From Octopus sinensis (taxonomy: Eukaryota): 64,000 nt of DNA. Of the stretch, positions 1-12,761 are shown one piece after another. The DNA lies in the NCBI RefSeq assembly GCF_006345805.1, contig NC_042997.1, forward strand, positions 23,684,001 to 23,748,000, written 5' to 3'. The translations under genes were made by a program, and so were the position numbers. How positions within the stretch are numbered: position 1 is the stretch's first letter; the number at the start of each line of letters is the position of its first letter. The notes under the pieces are model-generated. The model was not told where the DNA came from. It searched no databases and saw nothing but the letters and a program-made list of their open reading frames with translations.

Positions 1-269
1 ATTAATAATAATAAATAAATAAAATAAATGCGCCCTTTTAAAGGCTAGCCAGGCTCATGGGCCCGGTTTCCCGGTTTCTATGGCGTATGTGTTCCCCAGC
101 TGGACGGGACGCCAGTCCATCGCAGCGTCCCTTATTTTTGCCATCTGAGTGGACTGGAGCAACGTGAAATGAAGTGTTTTGCTCAAGAACACAACGCGTC
201 GCCCGGTCCAGGAATCGAAACCACAATCTTACGATCATGACACCCTAACCACTAAGTCACGCACCTCCA
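1..269 (-). mobile_element. tRNA-derived SINE (near-identical copy at 24060-24318)
   Basis: Minus strand reads TGGAGGTGCGTGACTTAGTGGTTAGGGTG (A box), then GGTTTCGATTCC (B box), core GTTGTGTTCTTGAGCAAAACACTT, and an AT-rich tail; a second copy lies 24 kb away. Confidence 0.85.
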
Positions 270-2513
270 TAATGTAGTATTAGATATACAAATATGGAAT
301 CAGATGATACCAAGAATACTTTAGATAGAATGGATGAATGCAAGGTTCCTTCTAAGTTGTATGCTTGTACGCGCGAACACACACATACACACACACACAC
401 ACACAAATATGTGAGCATAGGCAGTTTTCAAGGTAAAAATCAAGTTTTTTTAATTGTAATTTTTTAAACTTCTGATAACTAATAAAATCAATGCCAAATA
501 AATATTACATATTTTTGTCAGTTTTGTCATTGTCGCCACGTAAAGGGCTCTTGAAATATAAAACGAATCAATGCAAAAACAAAAAAAAAACAACAATAAA
601 TATATACATAATTGTAGGTTTTGTCTTTGAAAAAGACAAACAAATTTTAAAGGGATTTAAAATACATAATAAAGTTTCTACATTCTTATGACCATACAAT
701 TAGATCTTTAGTTCAATACGAGGTGCATCTCGCTCAAGAAGTCCTATATTCATAGTCGCCTAAAGTGAGGTTGATAGCCACGACTGAAATGCTTTTGATC
801 ATAGGTTTGCTCAGTTACTACTGACTTGGGGTTAAACAAGAACAACAACTATAGACATAAAAATAATTCTCAGGCCTCAAACCAGAGAAATATATACAAT
901 CACTCAGCTTGGTGAAAATAGCAAAAGAAAAAGACTCCAGAAATAGATAGAGAATTCGAAGGATTGCTTTGGTACGATGGTAGAACGTCTAACATGTTAA
1001 ATGAAGATGAGGGTTCGAGTTTTTTTAACCCAATATTTTACGATATTATTTATAGTTTTATCTACTTCGAAGAAAAAATTAAATGTATAAGTTTAATTAT
1101 GTATCGGGAAGGTAAAAAAAATGATTAGTTTCATTCTGTGTTAAACCCAGAGAAGAATCCTATGAAATCTAAAGGATATTTTTACTTAAAAAAACAAAAC
1201 AAAAGCATCCGAAAATTGCCAGAGAATTGTTTTGGGAGTCTAAGTCATGCTTCTCACCTGTCTGTTTTGTAATCCGTTTGTGACTGCAGGTTAGCAGTGG
1301 TGAATATCCAATATTTTGGTTCGGGGCTGAAGTAGAATTGTCAGCAAAAAAGTGGAACTGTTACAGAAAATAAAGAACAGAGAATTGTGGCAGGACAATA
1401 TTGTCTGTGTCCTACATTCTGGACATGACACCTAAAGAAAGAAGACCCTTCTATGAACATTATTCGATGCCTTGTGGCTGTTAAAACTCATTATTATTGT
1501 ACAGTATTAGTAGAAAGAGACGAGAAGCCGGCAAAATGTCGTGCAGTATTTAATCAAAGCCTTTTATGTTTTCCTTTCCGTTTCCTTCTCAGTAGCCAGT
1601 TGTTATTGCTGCCATTCTTTAACTAATTATACATATAGATTTTTTGATCTCATGGTATATCTGTTGTGAGAGCTGACTGTATAATGCAAATAAACTCAAG
1701 CTCAGCCCAGAAAACGTGACGATTATAGAACCAAGGCAGTATTGTGCTTCTGGTAATTACAGAGATTCTCTACATCCGATACTTCCCTCTGTGAATTTTC
1801 AGATGCTAAGGAGTTTTTTTCTCGCCAATACTGACGTCGGAACTCTGAAGAGCTTCAACTCAGAATAAAAATCGTGTATCAGAATCGCTCAGAATGTTAA
1901 AACCACGTAACATTATCACGGGTGAACGAAACTGGATCACAGGTTATTAACAAGGTTCACCCCTTAATCTCTGGTATCAGAACACATGATACTGATTTAT
2001 ATAATAGTTATAAGGCCACGCATTTGTAGGATAGAAATTCGGCCGTTTCAGTCAGTTCTAACAGTTGTTCTAGCTACTCCAAGAGGATGAACAGCAAAAT
2101 CAACTCCAGTGTCATTTGTAAAGGGACAGTCACTGCCTGGACGTTAAGAGAGACAGCAACAACAGTAGGTCCATTAGATAAAAATTATGGAGAAAAACAT
2201 AAAAGGCCATACTTAAATACTGATTGCATTTTGTCAGCCGCGCTGAAAATACACTCAATCTATAATAACTACGGCTTTTAACATAGACACAAGGCTACAA
2301 ATTTTGATCGGAAAGTATATTCGACTAAATCGATCTCAGTACTTGATTACTACTTCATTTTATCGACTCTGAAATGGTAAAAGTTAAAAATAACCTCGGT
2401 CGGATTTGAAATTCGAATGTACAATCATATAACTAAGAATAACCAAGCATTCCCCACCCTACTTTTTTTGCCATTTTCCACCCTTAGCAATTATAATAAT
2501 TTCTAAACTACAT

Positions 2514-2947
2514 AGACGCAGGAGTGGCTGTGTGGTAAGTAGCTTGCTATCCAACCACATGGTTCCGGGTTCAGTCCCACTGCGTGGCATCTTGGGCAAG
2601 TGTTTTCTGCTATAGCCCCGGGCCGACCAATGCCTTGTGAGTGGATTTGGTAGACGGAAACTGAAAGAAGCCTGTCGTATATATATATATATATATATAT
2701 AATAAATATTAGGGAATAAATCCAAATTTACAGGGAAAAAATCAGATTTAGGATTAAATCCAATTTTATAGTAAAATATTATATAATATTAATTAGAGAC
2801 AAAACCACTATTTTGCAAAACAAACAAGGAAAGACTTAATCAATACATAAAATTTTAAAACATAAAATTTTAATAAAATTATTAAAATTTTATGTATTGA
2901 TTAAGTCTTTCCTTGTTTGTTTTGCAAAATAGTGGTTTTGTCTCTAA

Positions 2948-3009
<62 letters not shown>

Positions 3010-3237
3010 AGTGTGTGTGTATATGTTTGTGTGTCTGTGATTGTCCCCCTAGCATTGCTTGACAACCGATGCTGGTGTGTTTACGTCCCCGTCACTCAGC
3101 AGTTCGGCAAAAGAGACCGATAAAATAAGTACTGGGCTTACAAGGAATAAGTCCCGGGGTCGATTTGCTCGACTAAAGGCGGTGCTCCAGCATGGCCGCA
3201 GTCAAATGACTGAAACAAGTAAAAGAGTAAAAGAGTA
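2514..3237 (+). mobile_element. tRNA-derived SINE family B (head, internal (TA)n, tail) with an insert in its TA tract
   Basis: Head GCAGGAGTGGCTGTGTGGTAAG...GGTTCAGTCCC and tail GACTGAAACAAGTAAAAGAGTAAAAGAGTA; the same family recurs at 4411, 9808, 10283, 31545 and 44730. Confidence 0.85.
2781..2959. repeat. Perfect 78-bp inverted repeat with 23-nt spacer (foldback/MITE-like)
   Basis: 2781-2858 is the exact reverse complement of 2882-2959; both sides flanked by (TA)n. Confidence 0.9.
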
Positions 3238-3269
3238 TAGACCCTCAGATTTAAGTTGAGTAGTTTAGT

Positions 3270-3808
3270 TGATTAAATAGATCCATTTACTTGACTGGTA
3301 ATATATTTTACCGACCCCGAGAGAATGAAAGGCAAAGCTTTCCTTTGTGGGGATTGAACTCAGAATGCAAAGGACCATTACTAAAAACAATAAAAGATTC
3401 ATAACTAATATCCTTTTCTACTTTATGCGCAAGGCCTGAAATTTTTCGGGAGTAGGCCAGTCGATTAGATCGACTCCAGTACGCAACTGGTACTTAATTT
3501 ATGGAGCCCGAAAGGATGAAAGGCAAAGTCGACCTCGGCGGAATTTGAACTCAGAACGTAAAGACAGACGAAATACCTATTTCTTTATTACCCACAAGGG
3601 GCTAAACACAGAGGGGACAAACAAGGACAGACATAGGTATTAAGTCGATTACATCGACCCCAGTGTCTAACTGGTACTTAATTTATCGACCCCGAAAGGA
3701 TGAAAGGCAAAGTCGACCTCGGCGGAATTTGAACTCAGAACGAAGCGGCAGACGAAATACCGCTAAGCATTTCACCCGGGGTATTAACGATTCTGCCAGC
3801 TCGCCGCC
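3270..3808 (-). mobile_element. SINE family A, compound form (head plus repeated core/tail module)
   Basis: Head GGCGGCGAGCTGGCAGAATCGTT, B box GAGTTCAAATTCC, core GTCGACTTTGCCTTTCATCCTTTCGGGGTCGATAAA repeated in tandem. Confidence 0.85.
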
Positions 3809-3863
3809 TTGATCCATAACTAATATCGACGTTCTAACAGTTATGCCATATCACCAACCTTAA

Positions 3864-4070
3864 GATGGTGAGCTGGCCGAGTCGTTAGCACACTGGACGA
3901 AATGCTTAGCGGTATTTCGCCTGTCGCTACGTTCTTAGTTCAAATTCTGCCGAGGTCGACTTTGCCTTTCATCTTTTCGATAAATTAAGTACCAGTGAAA
4001 TTCTGGCATCGATGTAATCGACTAGTTTCTTCCCCAAAAGTTTCGTGCCATGTGCCTATAATAGAAAGAA
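3864..4070 (+). mobile_element. SINE family A
   Basis: GGTGAGCTGGC head, GTTCAAATTC B box, GTCGACTTTGCCTTTCATC core. Confidence 0.8.
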
Positions 4071-4410
4071 TACCACCAACCTTAACAATAACACCATCCT
4101 CAATTACAATGACGTCTTATTCAAATACAAGGCAAGAAATTTTGGTTGAAGTACTTAATTGGTTTATTTGACTGTAATACTTTTTTCTTACCTTTTAATT
4201 AGAGAGGAAAGTATTTTTTACCCGTTATATTTTTAAGGGCTTTCAGATTGAAAGGAGAAAGCAGCCCACCAAATCAACCGGAGACCTGGCCCGAATGCTT
4301 GTAACAGCGTAAAATCCGCTAAAAGCACACAAAGACCAAGTGGTGGTATTAAACTGGACAACGAATTACGGCACTTACTCGTGTATAAGTCGCACTTGTG
4401 TATAAGTTGC

Positions 4411-4815
4411 ACTCTTTACTCTTTACTCTTTTACTTGTTTCAGTCATTTGACTGCGGCCATGCTGGAGCACCGCCTTTGGTCGATCAGATCGACCCCGGA
4501 ACTTATTCTTTGTAAGCCCAGTACTTATTCTATCGGTCTCTTTTGCCGAACCGCTAAGTGACGGGGACGTAAACACACCAGCATCGGTTGTCAAGCAATG
4601 CTAGGGAGACAAACACAGACACACAAACATATACACACACATACATATATACGACAGGCTTCTTTCAGTTTCCGCCTACCAAATCCACTCACAAGGCATT
4701 GGTCGGCCCGGGGCTATAGCAGAAGACACTTGCCCAACATGCCACGCAGTGGGACTGAACCTGGAACCATGTGGTTGGTTAGCAAGCTACTTACCACACA
4801 GCCACTCCTGCACCT
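4411..4815 (-). mobile_element. SINE family B, full length
   Basis: Reverse complement of the head and tail seen at 2514-3237. Confidence 0.85.
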
Positions 4816-4965
4816 GTAATTTAGTGTCAAAACCTTGGTACAAAGATTTTTCTGTTCATAGTTTTAGTTTAGCTCTGTCTGTAAGTCGTATCCCAGTTCT
4901 TTCCGTTAAAATTAAATATAAAGTAGTGAAACTTATACGCGAATAAATACGGTAAGTCTAGTCTA

Positions 4966-5379
4966 TATTTCTTTACTACCCACAAGGGGCTAAACATAGA
5001 GGGGACAAACAAGGACAGACAACGAGATTAAGTCGATTACATCGACCCCAGTGCGAAACTGGTACTTTATTTATCGACCCCGAAGGATGAAAGGCAAAGT
5101 CGACCTCGGCGGATTTTGAACTCAGAACGTAACGACAGACGAAATACCTATTTCTTTACGACCCACAAGGGGCTAAACACAGAGGGGCCAAACAAGGACA
5201 GACGAACGGATTAAGTCGATTACATCGACCCCAGTGCGTAACTGGTGCTCAATTTATCGACCCTGAAAGGATGAAAGGCAAAGTCGACCTCGGCAGAATT
5301 TGAACTCAGAACGCAGCGGCGGACGAAATTCCGCTAAGCATTTCGCCCGGCGCGCTAACGTTTCTGCCAGCTCGCCGCC
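4966..5379 (-). mobile_element. Compound SINE family A with 21-bp target-site duplication
   Basis: AAATACGGTAAGTCTAGTCTA occurs at 4945-4965 and 5380-5400, bracketing a head plus two core/tail modules. Confidence 0.9.
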
Positions 5380-5504
5380 AAATACGGTAAGTCTAGTCTA
5401 GTATTTGATTGCTATTTTATTTTATTAACCCCCGGAAGGATGAAAGGCAAAGATGACGTCGATGTGATTTGATCTCAGAACGTAATAGTACGTAAGGTAA
5501 CAGA

Positions 5505-8399
5505 ATCTCACGCATCCTTTTGTCTACTATTTCTGCTGATCAACCAATCTAATAATTTTAAACCAGGCGATAGATTAGATTAAATCTAACACTTGACAAA
5601 TATTTTATTTTATTGACCCCCAACTTCGGAAAGATGAAAGCCAATTTTGGGGGGGCATCAAAGGAATTTGATCTCAGAACGCAAAGGTTCGCAAAGTAAC
5701 AAAATCTCACGCATCCTTTTGTCTACTATTTCTGCTGATCAACCAATCTAATAATTTAAAACCAGGCGATAGATTAGATTAAATCTAACACTTGACTAAT
5801 ATTTTATTTTATTGACCACCCCACCTCGGAAAGACGAAAGCCAATTTTGGGGGGGCATCAAAGGAATTTGATCTCAGAACGCAAAGGTTCGCAAAGTAAC
5901 AAAATCTCACGCATCCTTTTGTCTACTATTTCTGCTGATCAACCAATCTAATAATTTAAAACCAGGCGATAGATTAGATAAATCTAACACTTGACTAATA
6001 TTTTATTTTATTGACCACCCCAAGATCGGAAAGATGAAAGCCAATTTTGGGGGGGGGCATCAAAGGAATTTGATCTCAGAACGCAAAGGTTCACAAAGTA
6101 ACAAAATCTCACGCATCCTTTTGTCTACTATTTCTGCTGATCAACCAATCTAATAATTTTAAACCAGGCGATAGATTAGATTAAATCTAACACTTGACTA
6201 ATATTTTATTTTATTGACTCACCCCCCACCTCGGAAAGATGAAAGCCAATTTTGGGGGGCATCAAAGGAATTTGATCTCAGAACGTAAAAGTACGTAAGG
6301 CAACAAAATCTCACGCATCCTTTTGTCTACTATTTCTGCTGATCAACCAATCTAATAATTTTAAACCAGGCGATAGATTAGATTAAATCTAACACTTGAC
6401 TAATATTTTATTTTATTGACCACCCCCAACTTCGGAAAGATGAAAAGCCAATTTTGGTAGGGCATCAAAGGAATTTGATCTCAGAACGCAAAGGTTCGCA
6501 AAAGTAACAAAAATCTCGAACATCCTTTTGTCTGCTGTCTTCTCCTAATTGTGTCGAACCACCATTCTAACTAATAATTAGCCAATATTTTTAGTAGTTT
6601 TGACCGCATTGATCCCTCTTAGCGTGTTGGTATCTACGAATAGTAGTACCCTCAATATAATATAAATGAATATTTTCAAAGAGGAAGAAAGTACGTAAGG
6701 TAACAAAATCTCACGCATCCTTTTGTCTACTATTTCTGCTGATCAACCAATTTAATAATTTTAAACCAGGCGATAGATTAGATTAAATCTACACTTGACT
6801 AATATTTTATTTTATTGACCCCCAACTTCGGAAAGATGAAAGCCAATTTTGGGGGGGCATCAAAGGAATTTGATCTCAGAACGCAAAGGTTCGCAAAGTA
6901 ACAAAATCTCACGCATCCTTTTGTCTACTATTTCTGCTGATCAACCAATCTAATAATTTAAAACCAGGCGATAGATTAGATTAAATCTAACACTTGACTA
7001 ATATTTTATTTTATTGACTACCCCACCTCGGTAAGATGAAAGCCAATTTTGGGGGGGCATCAAAAGGAATTTGATCTCAGAACGCAAAGGTTCGCAAAGT
7101 AACAAAATCTCACGCATCCTTTTGTCTACTATTTCTGCTGATCAACCAATCTAATAATTTAAAACCAGGCGATAGATTAGATTAAATCTAACACTTGACT
7201 AATATTTTATTTTATTGACCACCCCAAGATCGGAAAGATGAAAGCCAATTTTGGGGGGGCATCAAAGGAATTTGATCTCAGAACGCAAAGGTTCACAAAG
7301 TAACAAAATCTCACGCATCCTTTTGTCTACTATTTCTGCTGATCAACCAATCTAATAATTTTAAACCAGGCGATAGATTAGATTAAATCTAACACTTGAC
7401 TAATATTTTATTTTATTGACTCACCCCCCCACCTCGGAAAGATGAAAGCCAATTTTGGGGGGCATCAAAGGAATTTGATCTCAGAACGTAAAAGTACGTA
7501 AGGCAACAAAATCTCACGCATCCTTTTGTCTACTATTTCTGCTGATCAACCAATCTAATAATTTTAAACCAGGCGATAGATTAGATTAAATCTAACACTT
7601 GACTAATATTTTATTTTATTGACCACCCCCAACTTCGGAAAGATGAAAAGCCAATTTTGGTGGGGCATCAAAGGAATTTGATCTCAGAACGCAAAGGTTC
7701 GCAAAAGTAACAAAAATCTCGAACATCCTTTTGTCTGCTGTCTTCTCCTAATTGTGTCGAACCACCATTCTAACTAATAATTAGCCAATATTTTTAGTAG
7801 TTTTGACCGCATTGATCCCTCTTAGCGTGTTGGTATCTACGAATAGTAGTACCCTCAATATAATATAAATGAATATTTTCAAAGAGGAAGAAAGTACGTA
7901 AGGTAACAAAATCTCACGCATCCTTTTGTCTACTATTTCTGCTGATCAACCAATTTAATAATTTTAAACCAGGCGATAGATTAGATTAAATCTAACACTT
8001 GACTAATATTTTATTTTATTGACCCCCCCACCTCGGAAAGATGAAAGCCAATTTTGGGGGGGCATCAAAAGAATTTGATCTCAGAACGCAAAGGTTCGCA
8101 AAGTAACAAAATCTCACGCATCCTTTTGTCTACTATTTCTGCTGATCAACCAATCTAATAATTTTAAACCAGGCGATAGATTAGATTAAATCTAACACTT
8201 GACTAATATTTTATTTTATTGACCACCCCCAACTTCGGAAAGATGAAAGCCAATTTGGGGGGGGGGGCATCAAAGGAATTTGATCTCAGAACGCAAAGGT
8301 TCGCAAAGTAACAAAATCTCGAACATCCTTTTGTCTGCTGCTGTCTTCTCTAACTAATTGTGTCGAACCACCACCATTCTAACTAATAATTAGCCAATA
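5505..8399. repeat. Tandem satellite: ~200-bp monomers in a 1,203-bp higher-order repeat
   Basis: Monomers start at 5505, 5704, 5904, 6106, 6308, [195-bp spacer 6513], 6708, 6906, 7107, 7308, 7511, [spacer 7716], 7911, 8111; diagnostic variants recur in the same order. Confidence 0.95.
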
Positions 8400-8879
8400 G
8401 TAACACCAATCTCAACAATGATATACAGAAATATTGGAATAGGTGAAGGAGGAAATTGGATGTACTTTGGTGGAGTTCAAGTGTAAATTAGCCGATAGGC
8501 TGGCGAGTTACTCACTAACTTTTGTTTTCTATCACCTGCAGGTGAGGATTTAAACAAGACAAGGAAGCAAGAATTCAAAACAAGAATCTAATTTTGTCTT
8601 TGGAATAAACACTCTTTTCTTCTTCTTTTTTTCTTCTTCCTTATGCTCTGTTTCTTTCGCTTTCTTTTCCTTCCTTTGTCTTGTCTTTCTCATACCACAT
8701 CGTATTACACACATACACACACAAGTATACACGCATGCACGTATAACGTATACACACACACGCACGTATAACGTATACACACACACATACACACATACAC
8801 ACACGCACGCACGAACACATGCTTGCACCACGTCACATTACACTCACACACATAAGGGCACGATACATAACGCAATACA

Positions 8880-9312
8880 GACATACATACATAATACATA
8901 CATACATACATTTACACATACATACATACATACATACATACACACATACATACATTTACATATACATACATACATACATACATAAATTTACATATACATA
9001 CATACATTTACATATACATACATACATACACACATACATACATTTACATATACATACATACATACATACATATATTTACATATACATACATACATACATA
9101 CATACATTTACATATACATACATACATACATACATACATACATACATTTACATATACATACATACATACATACATAAATTTACATATACATACATACATA
9201 CATTTACATATACATACATACATACACACATACATATATTTACATATACATACATACACACATACATATATTTACATATACATACATACATACACACATA
9301 CACACATACATA

Positions 9313-9344
<32 letters not shown>

Positions 9345-9391
9345 CACATACACACATACATATATTTACATATACATACATACATACATAC

Positions 9392-9422
<31 letters not shown>

Positions 9423-9470
9423 TACATACATACACACATACATATATTTACATATACATACATACATACA
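8880..9470. repeat. (CATA)n-based minisatellite with periodic TTTA interruptions
   Basis: Direct inspection. Confidence 0.9.
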
Positions 9471-9769
9471 TAGGCAGACTCAAGCGCCAACATACCACAA
9501 GTTCACAAAACTCACATCACATACTTACACACAAGCTACAAGCTAGGCTCACACAATCACAAACACACCACGTGGCTCACACAAATAAACCCATATCATG
9601 CACTCACGCACACTCATGCAAACAGCGGTCCACGCGTGCACACATATACACTAAGAAACGCATACACTAATATACACAAAACACACACGCACACATGTAT
9701 ATACTTGCACACACTCACATGAATATATGAATATATATATGTATATTATATATATATATATATATATAT

Positions 9770-9807
<38 letters not shown>

Positions 9808-9810
<3 letters not shown>

Positions 9811-10195
9811 TCTTTTATTCTTTTATTTGTTTCAGTCATTTGACTGCGGCCATGCTGGAGCACCGCCTTTAGTCGAGTAAATCGAACCGGGACTTATTCT
9901 TTGTAAGCAAGCCTGGTACTTATTCTGCCGGTCTTTCTTGCCGAACCGCTAAGTGACGGGGACGTAAACACACCAGCATCGGTTGCCATGCGATTCTGTG
10001 GGGGGGGGGACAAACACAGACACACAAACACATATATATATATATACAACGGTCTTCTTTCAGTTTCCGTCGACCAAATCCATTCACAAGGCTTTGGTCG
10101 GCCCGAGGCTATAGTAGAAGACACTTGCCCAAGGTGCCACACTTGCCCAAGGTGGTTGTTAAGCAAGCTCCTTACCACACAGCCATTCCTGCGCC

Positions 10196-10226
<31 letters not shown>

Positions 10227-10233
10227 CTCTCTC

Positions 10234-10274
<41 letters not shown>

Positions 10275-10675
10275 TGTGTGTGTATTCTTTTATTCTTTTA
10301 TTTGTTTCAGTCATTTGACTGCGGCCATGCTGGAGCACCGCCTTTAGTCGAGTAAATCGAACCCGGGACTTATTCTTTGTAAGCAAGCCTGGTACTTATT
10401 CTGCCGGTCTTTCTTGCCGAACCGCTAAGTGACGGGGACGTAAACACACCAGCATCGGTTGCCATGCGATTCTGTGGGGGGGGGGGGACAAACACAGACA
10501 CACAAACACATATATATATATATACAACGGTCTTCTTTCAGTTTCCGTCGACCAAATCCATTCACAAGGCTTTGGTCGGCCCGAGGCTATAGTAGAAGAC
10601 ACTTGCCCAAGGTGCCACACTTGCCCAAGGTGGTTGTTAAGCAAGCTCCTTACCACACAGCCATTCCTGCGCCTA
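9808..10675 (-). mobile_element. Two SINE family B copies forming a 475-bp tandem duplication
   Basis: Copies at 9808-10198 and 10283-10675 share a private rearrangement, CACTTGCCCAAGGTGCCACACTTGCCCAAGGTG. Confidence 0.9.
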
Positions 10676-10709
10676 TATATATATATATATATATGTATAT
10701 ATCTCTCTC

Positions 10710-10756
<47 letters not shown>

Positions 10757-11895
10757 ATGCATAAAGATATGTATTATATATATGTCTATCTATCTATCTA
10801 TCTATCTATATCTATCTATCTATCTATCTATCTATCTTATCTATCTATCTATCTATTCATCTATCTTTCGCAACGGTGGATGAGCTTTAAAATACGCAGT
10901 AAGATGCTCTAGAGATGAGTGATAGCAACTAGTTAAATAGCAATATAACTACAGCGATCCACAGACTGATTATCCAAACATATTTGATATGGAAACTGTC
11001 ACTTTCTCTTGTGAAAAATATATAAAATTTCTCACTTAACAATGAATCGGACCGAGTAAGGAAGAAACAAAGAACAAAGGAAAGGAAGAAAAGAGAAAAG
11101 AACCAAAGAAATAAATTAAGCCACAAAATACTCCAAACGGAACCAAATGAAAACAATTGAAAACTATGTATACAAATAACTCTAACGAATTGTTGAAAGA
11201 GAATAAATTACTAACAATGCTTCGAGACGCGAGAAATATTTCCTTGTAATACATAACATGGAATTTCATTTTAAGACAAAATAAGCAAAATAGTTTTGGT
11301 TGATTAGTATAGGGTGAAAAAATTCGACTTTCATTACTCACTTTCTTTATATACCTCTATCACGTGTAACTCGAGCTATCGAAGAAGCCTCTATGACGGG
11401 TGTTAGACCTGCTTAAGATAGCAGTCAAATTTCACCCGAACCAAAAACCTATCCTTTTAGAAAGGGCACGATACATAACGCAATACAGATATACATACAT
11501 AATACATACATACATACATACATACATACATACATTTACAAACATACATACATACGTACATACATACATACATACAAACATACATACATACATACATATA
11601 TACATACATACATACATATATTTACATATACATACATACATACATTTACATATACATACATACATACATACATTTACATATACATACATACATACACACA
11701 CACACACATATACATACATACATACTACATATATACACATACATACATATATATACATATATATATTTACACACATATATCTATGCATATAAATGTATGT
11801 ATATATGTGTATGTATGTTTGTATATATATATATATACACATACACACACTTATATACACACATACATACATATATATGAATATATATGTACGTG

Positions 11896-11957
<62 letters not shown>

Positions 11958-12607
11958 CACACATATACACACATACACTCACACACATATATGTCCTAGT
12001 TGTTAGAATGTTGCACTTGCGATCGTGATTTCAATTTCCAGACCGGTTAGTGTGTTGCGTTCTTGAGTAAAATACTTTTAAAATACGTTTTATCAACCAC
12101 TGAATTGAGAAAGGAAAAGTCTATTGAAGTGGGAGTTCAACTAAGGACCCAACTAAATACAGTATGGTATTTTGTCCAAGGCTCTCTCCACTGTTACACT
12201 TATTTTGAAGTGAGGGGAGTCGATCAAATCGATCTCAGTACTTGGCCTTGGAAAGTTTTGGAGAAATTCAATCACAGAAAAAATTTGAATTCACAATATA
12301 AAAGATTTTACAACACCCTAAGTAAATTTATACCAGCTTCTACTGATTATTCCACCCATTGCTCTTACATTTAAGATATGATGATTCCAAAGACGGGCTC
12401 AACTTAAGGGGCAAGACAGAGGACAATCGATCAAGTTGATGTCAATGCTTTACCTGTATTTTATTTGATCAAACACTGAAAGGGAGATTTTTCGACTGAT
12501 TTAGACCACGAGTTTTTAATTCCAGAGTGGAAGATCACTGGAAATCCTATGAACTATGCTCTCTCTTCTCTCTCTCTCTCCTCTCTCTCTCTCTCCTCTC
12601 CTCTCTC

Positions 12608-12700
<93 letters not shown>

Positions 12701-12761
12701 CGTGTTCTGTCCTCACCTTCGAAACACGCTGGAGTTGAACTAGGGACGGCTGATGAAGGGG
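12701..12761 (+). ncRNA. Candidate hammerhead ribozyme, non-canonical strand order (copy 1)
   Basis: CUGAUGA 12750-56; GAAA 12721-24; stem III ACACG/CGUGU; GUU site at 12704-06; stem I GGACGG/CUGUCC; weak stem II GGGG/CUUC with an extra A. Confidence 0.45.

Noticed and set aside
5505-8399. Repeat-spacer appearance suggesting a CRISPR-like array
   Set aside because: Units are ~200 bp, the spacers are identical to each other, the DNA is eukaryotic and no cas genes are present.
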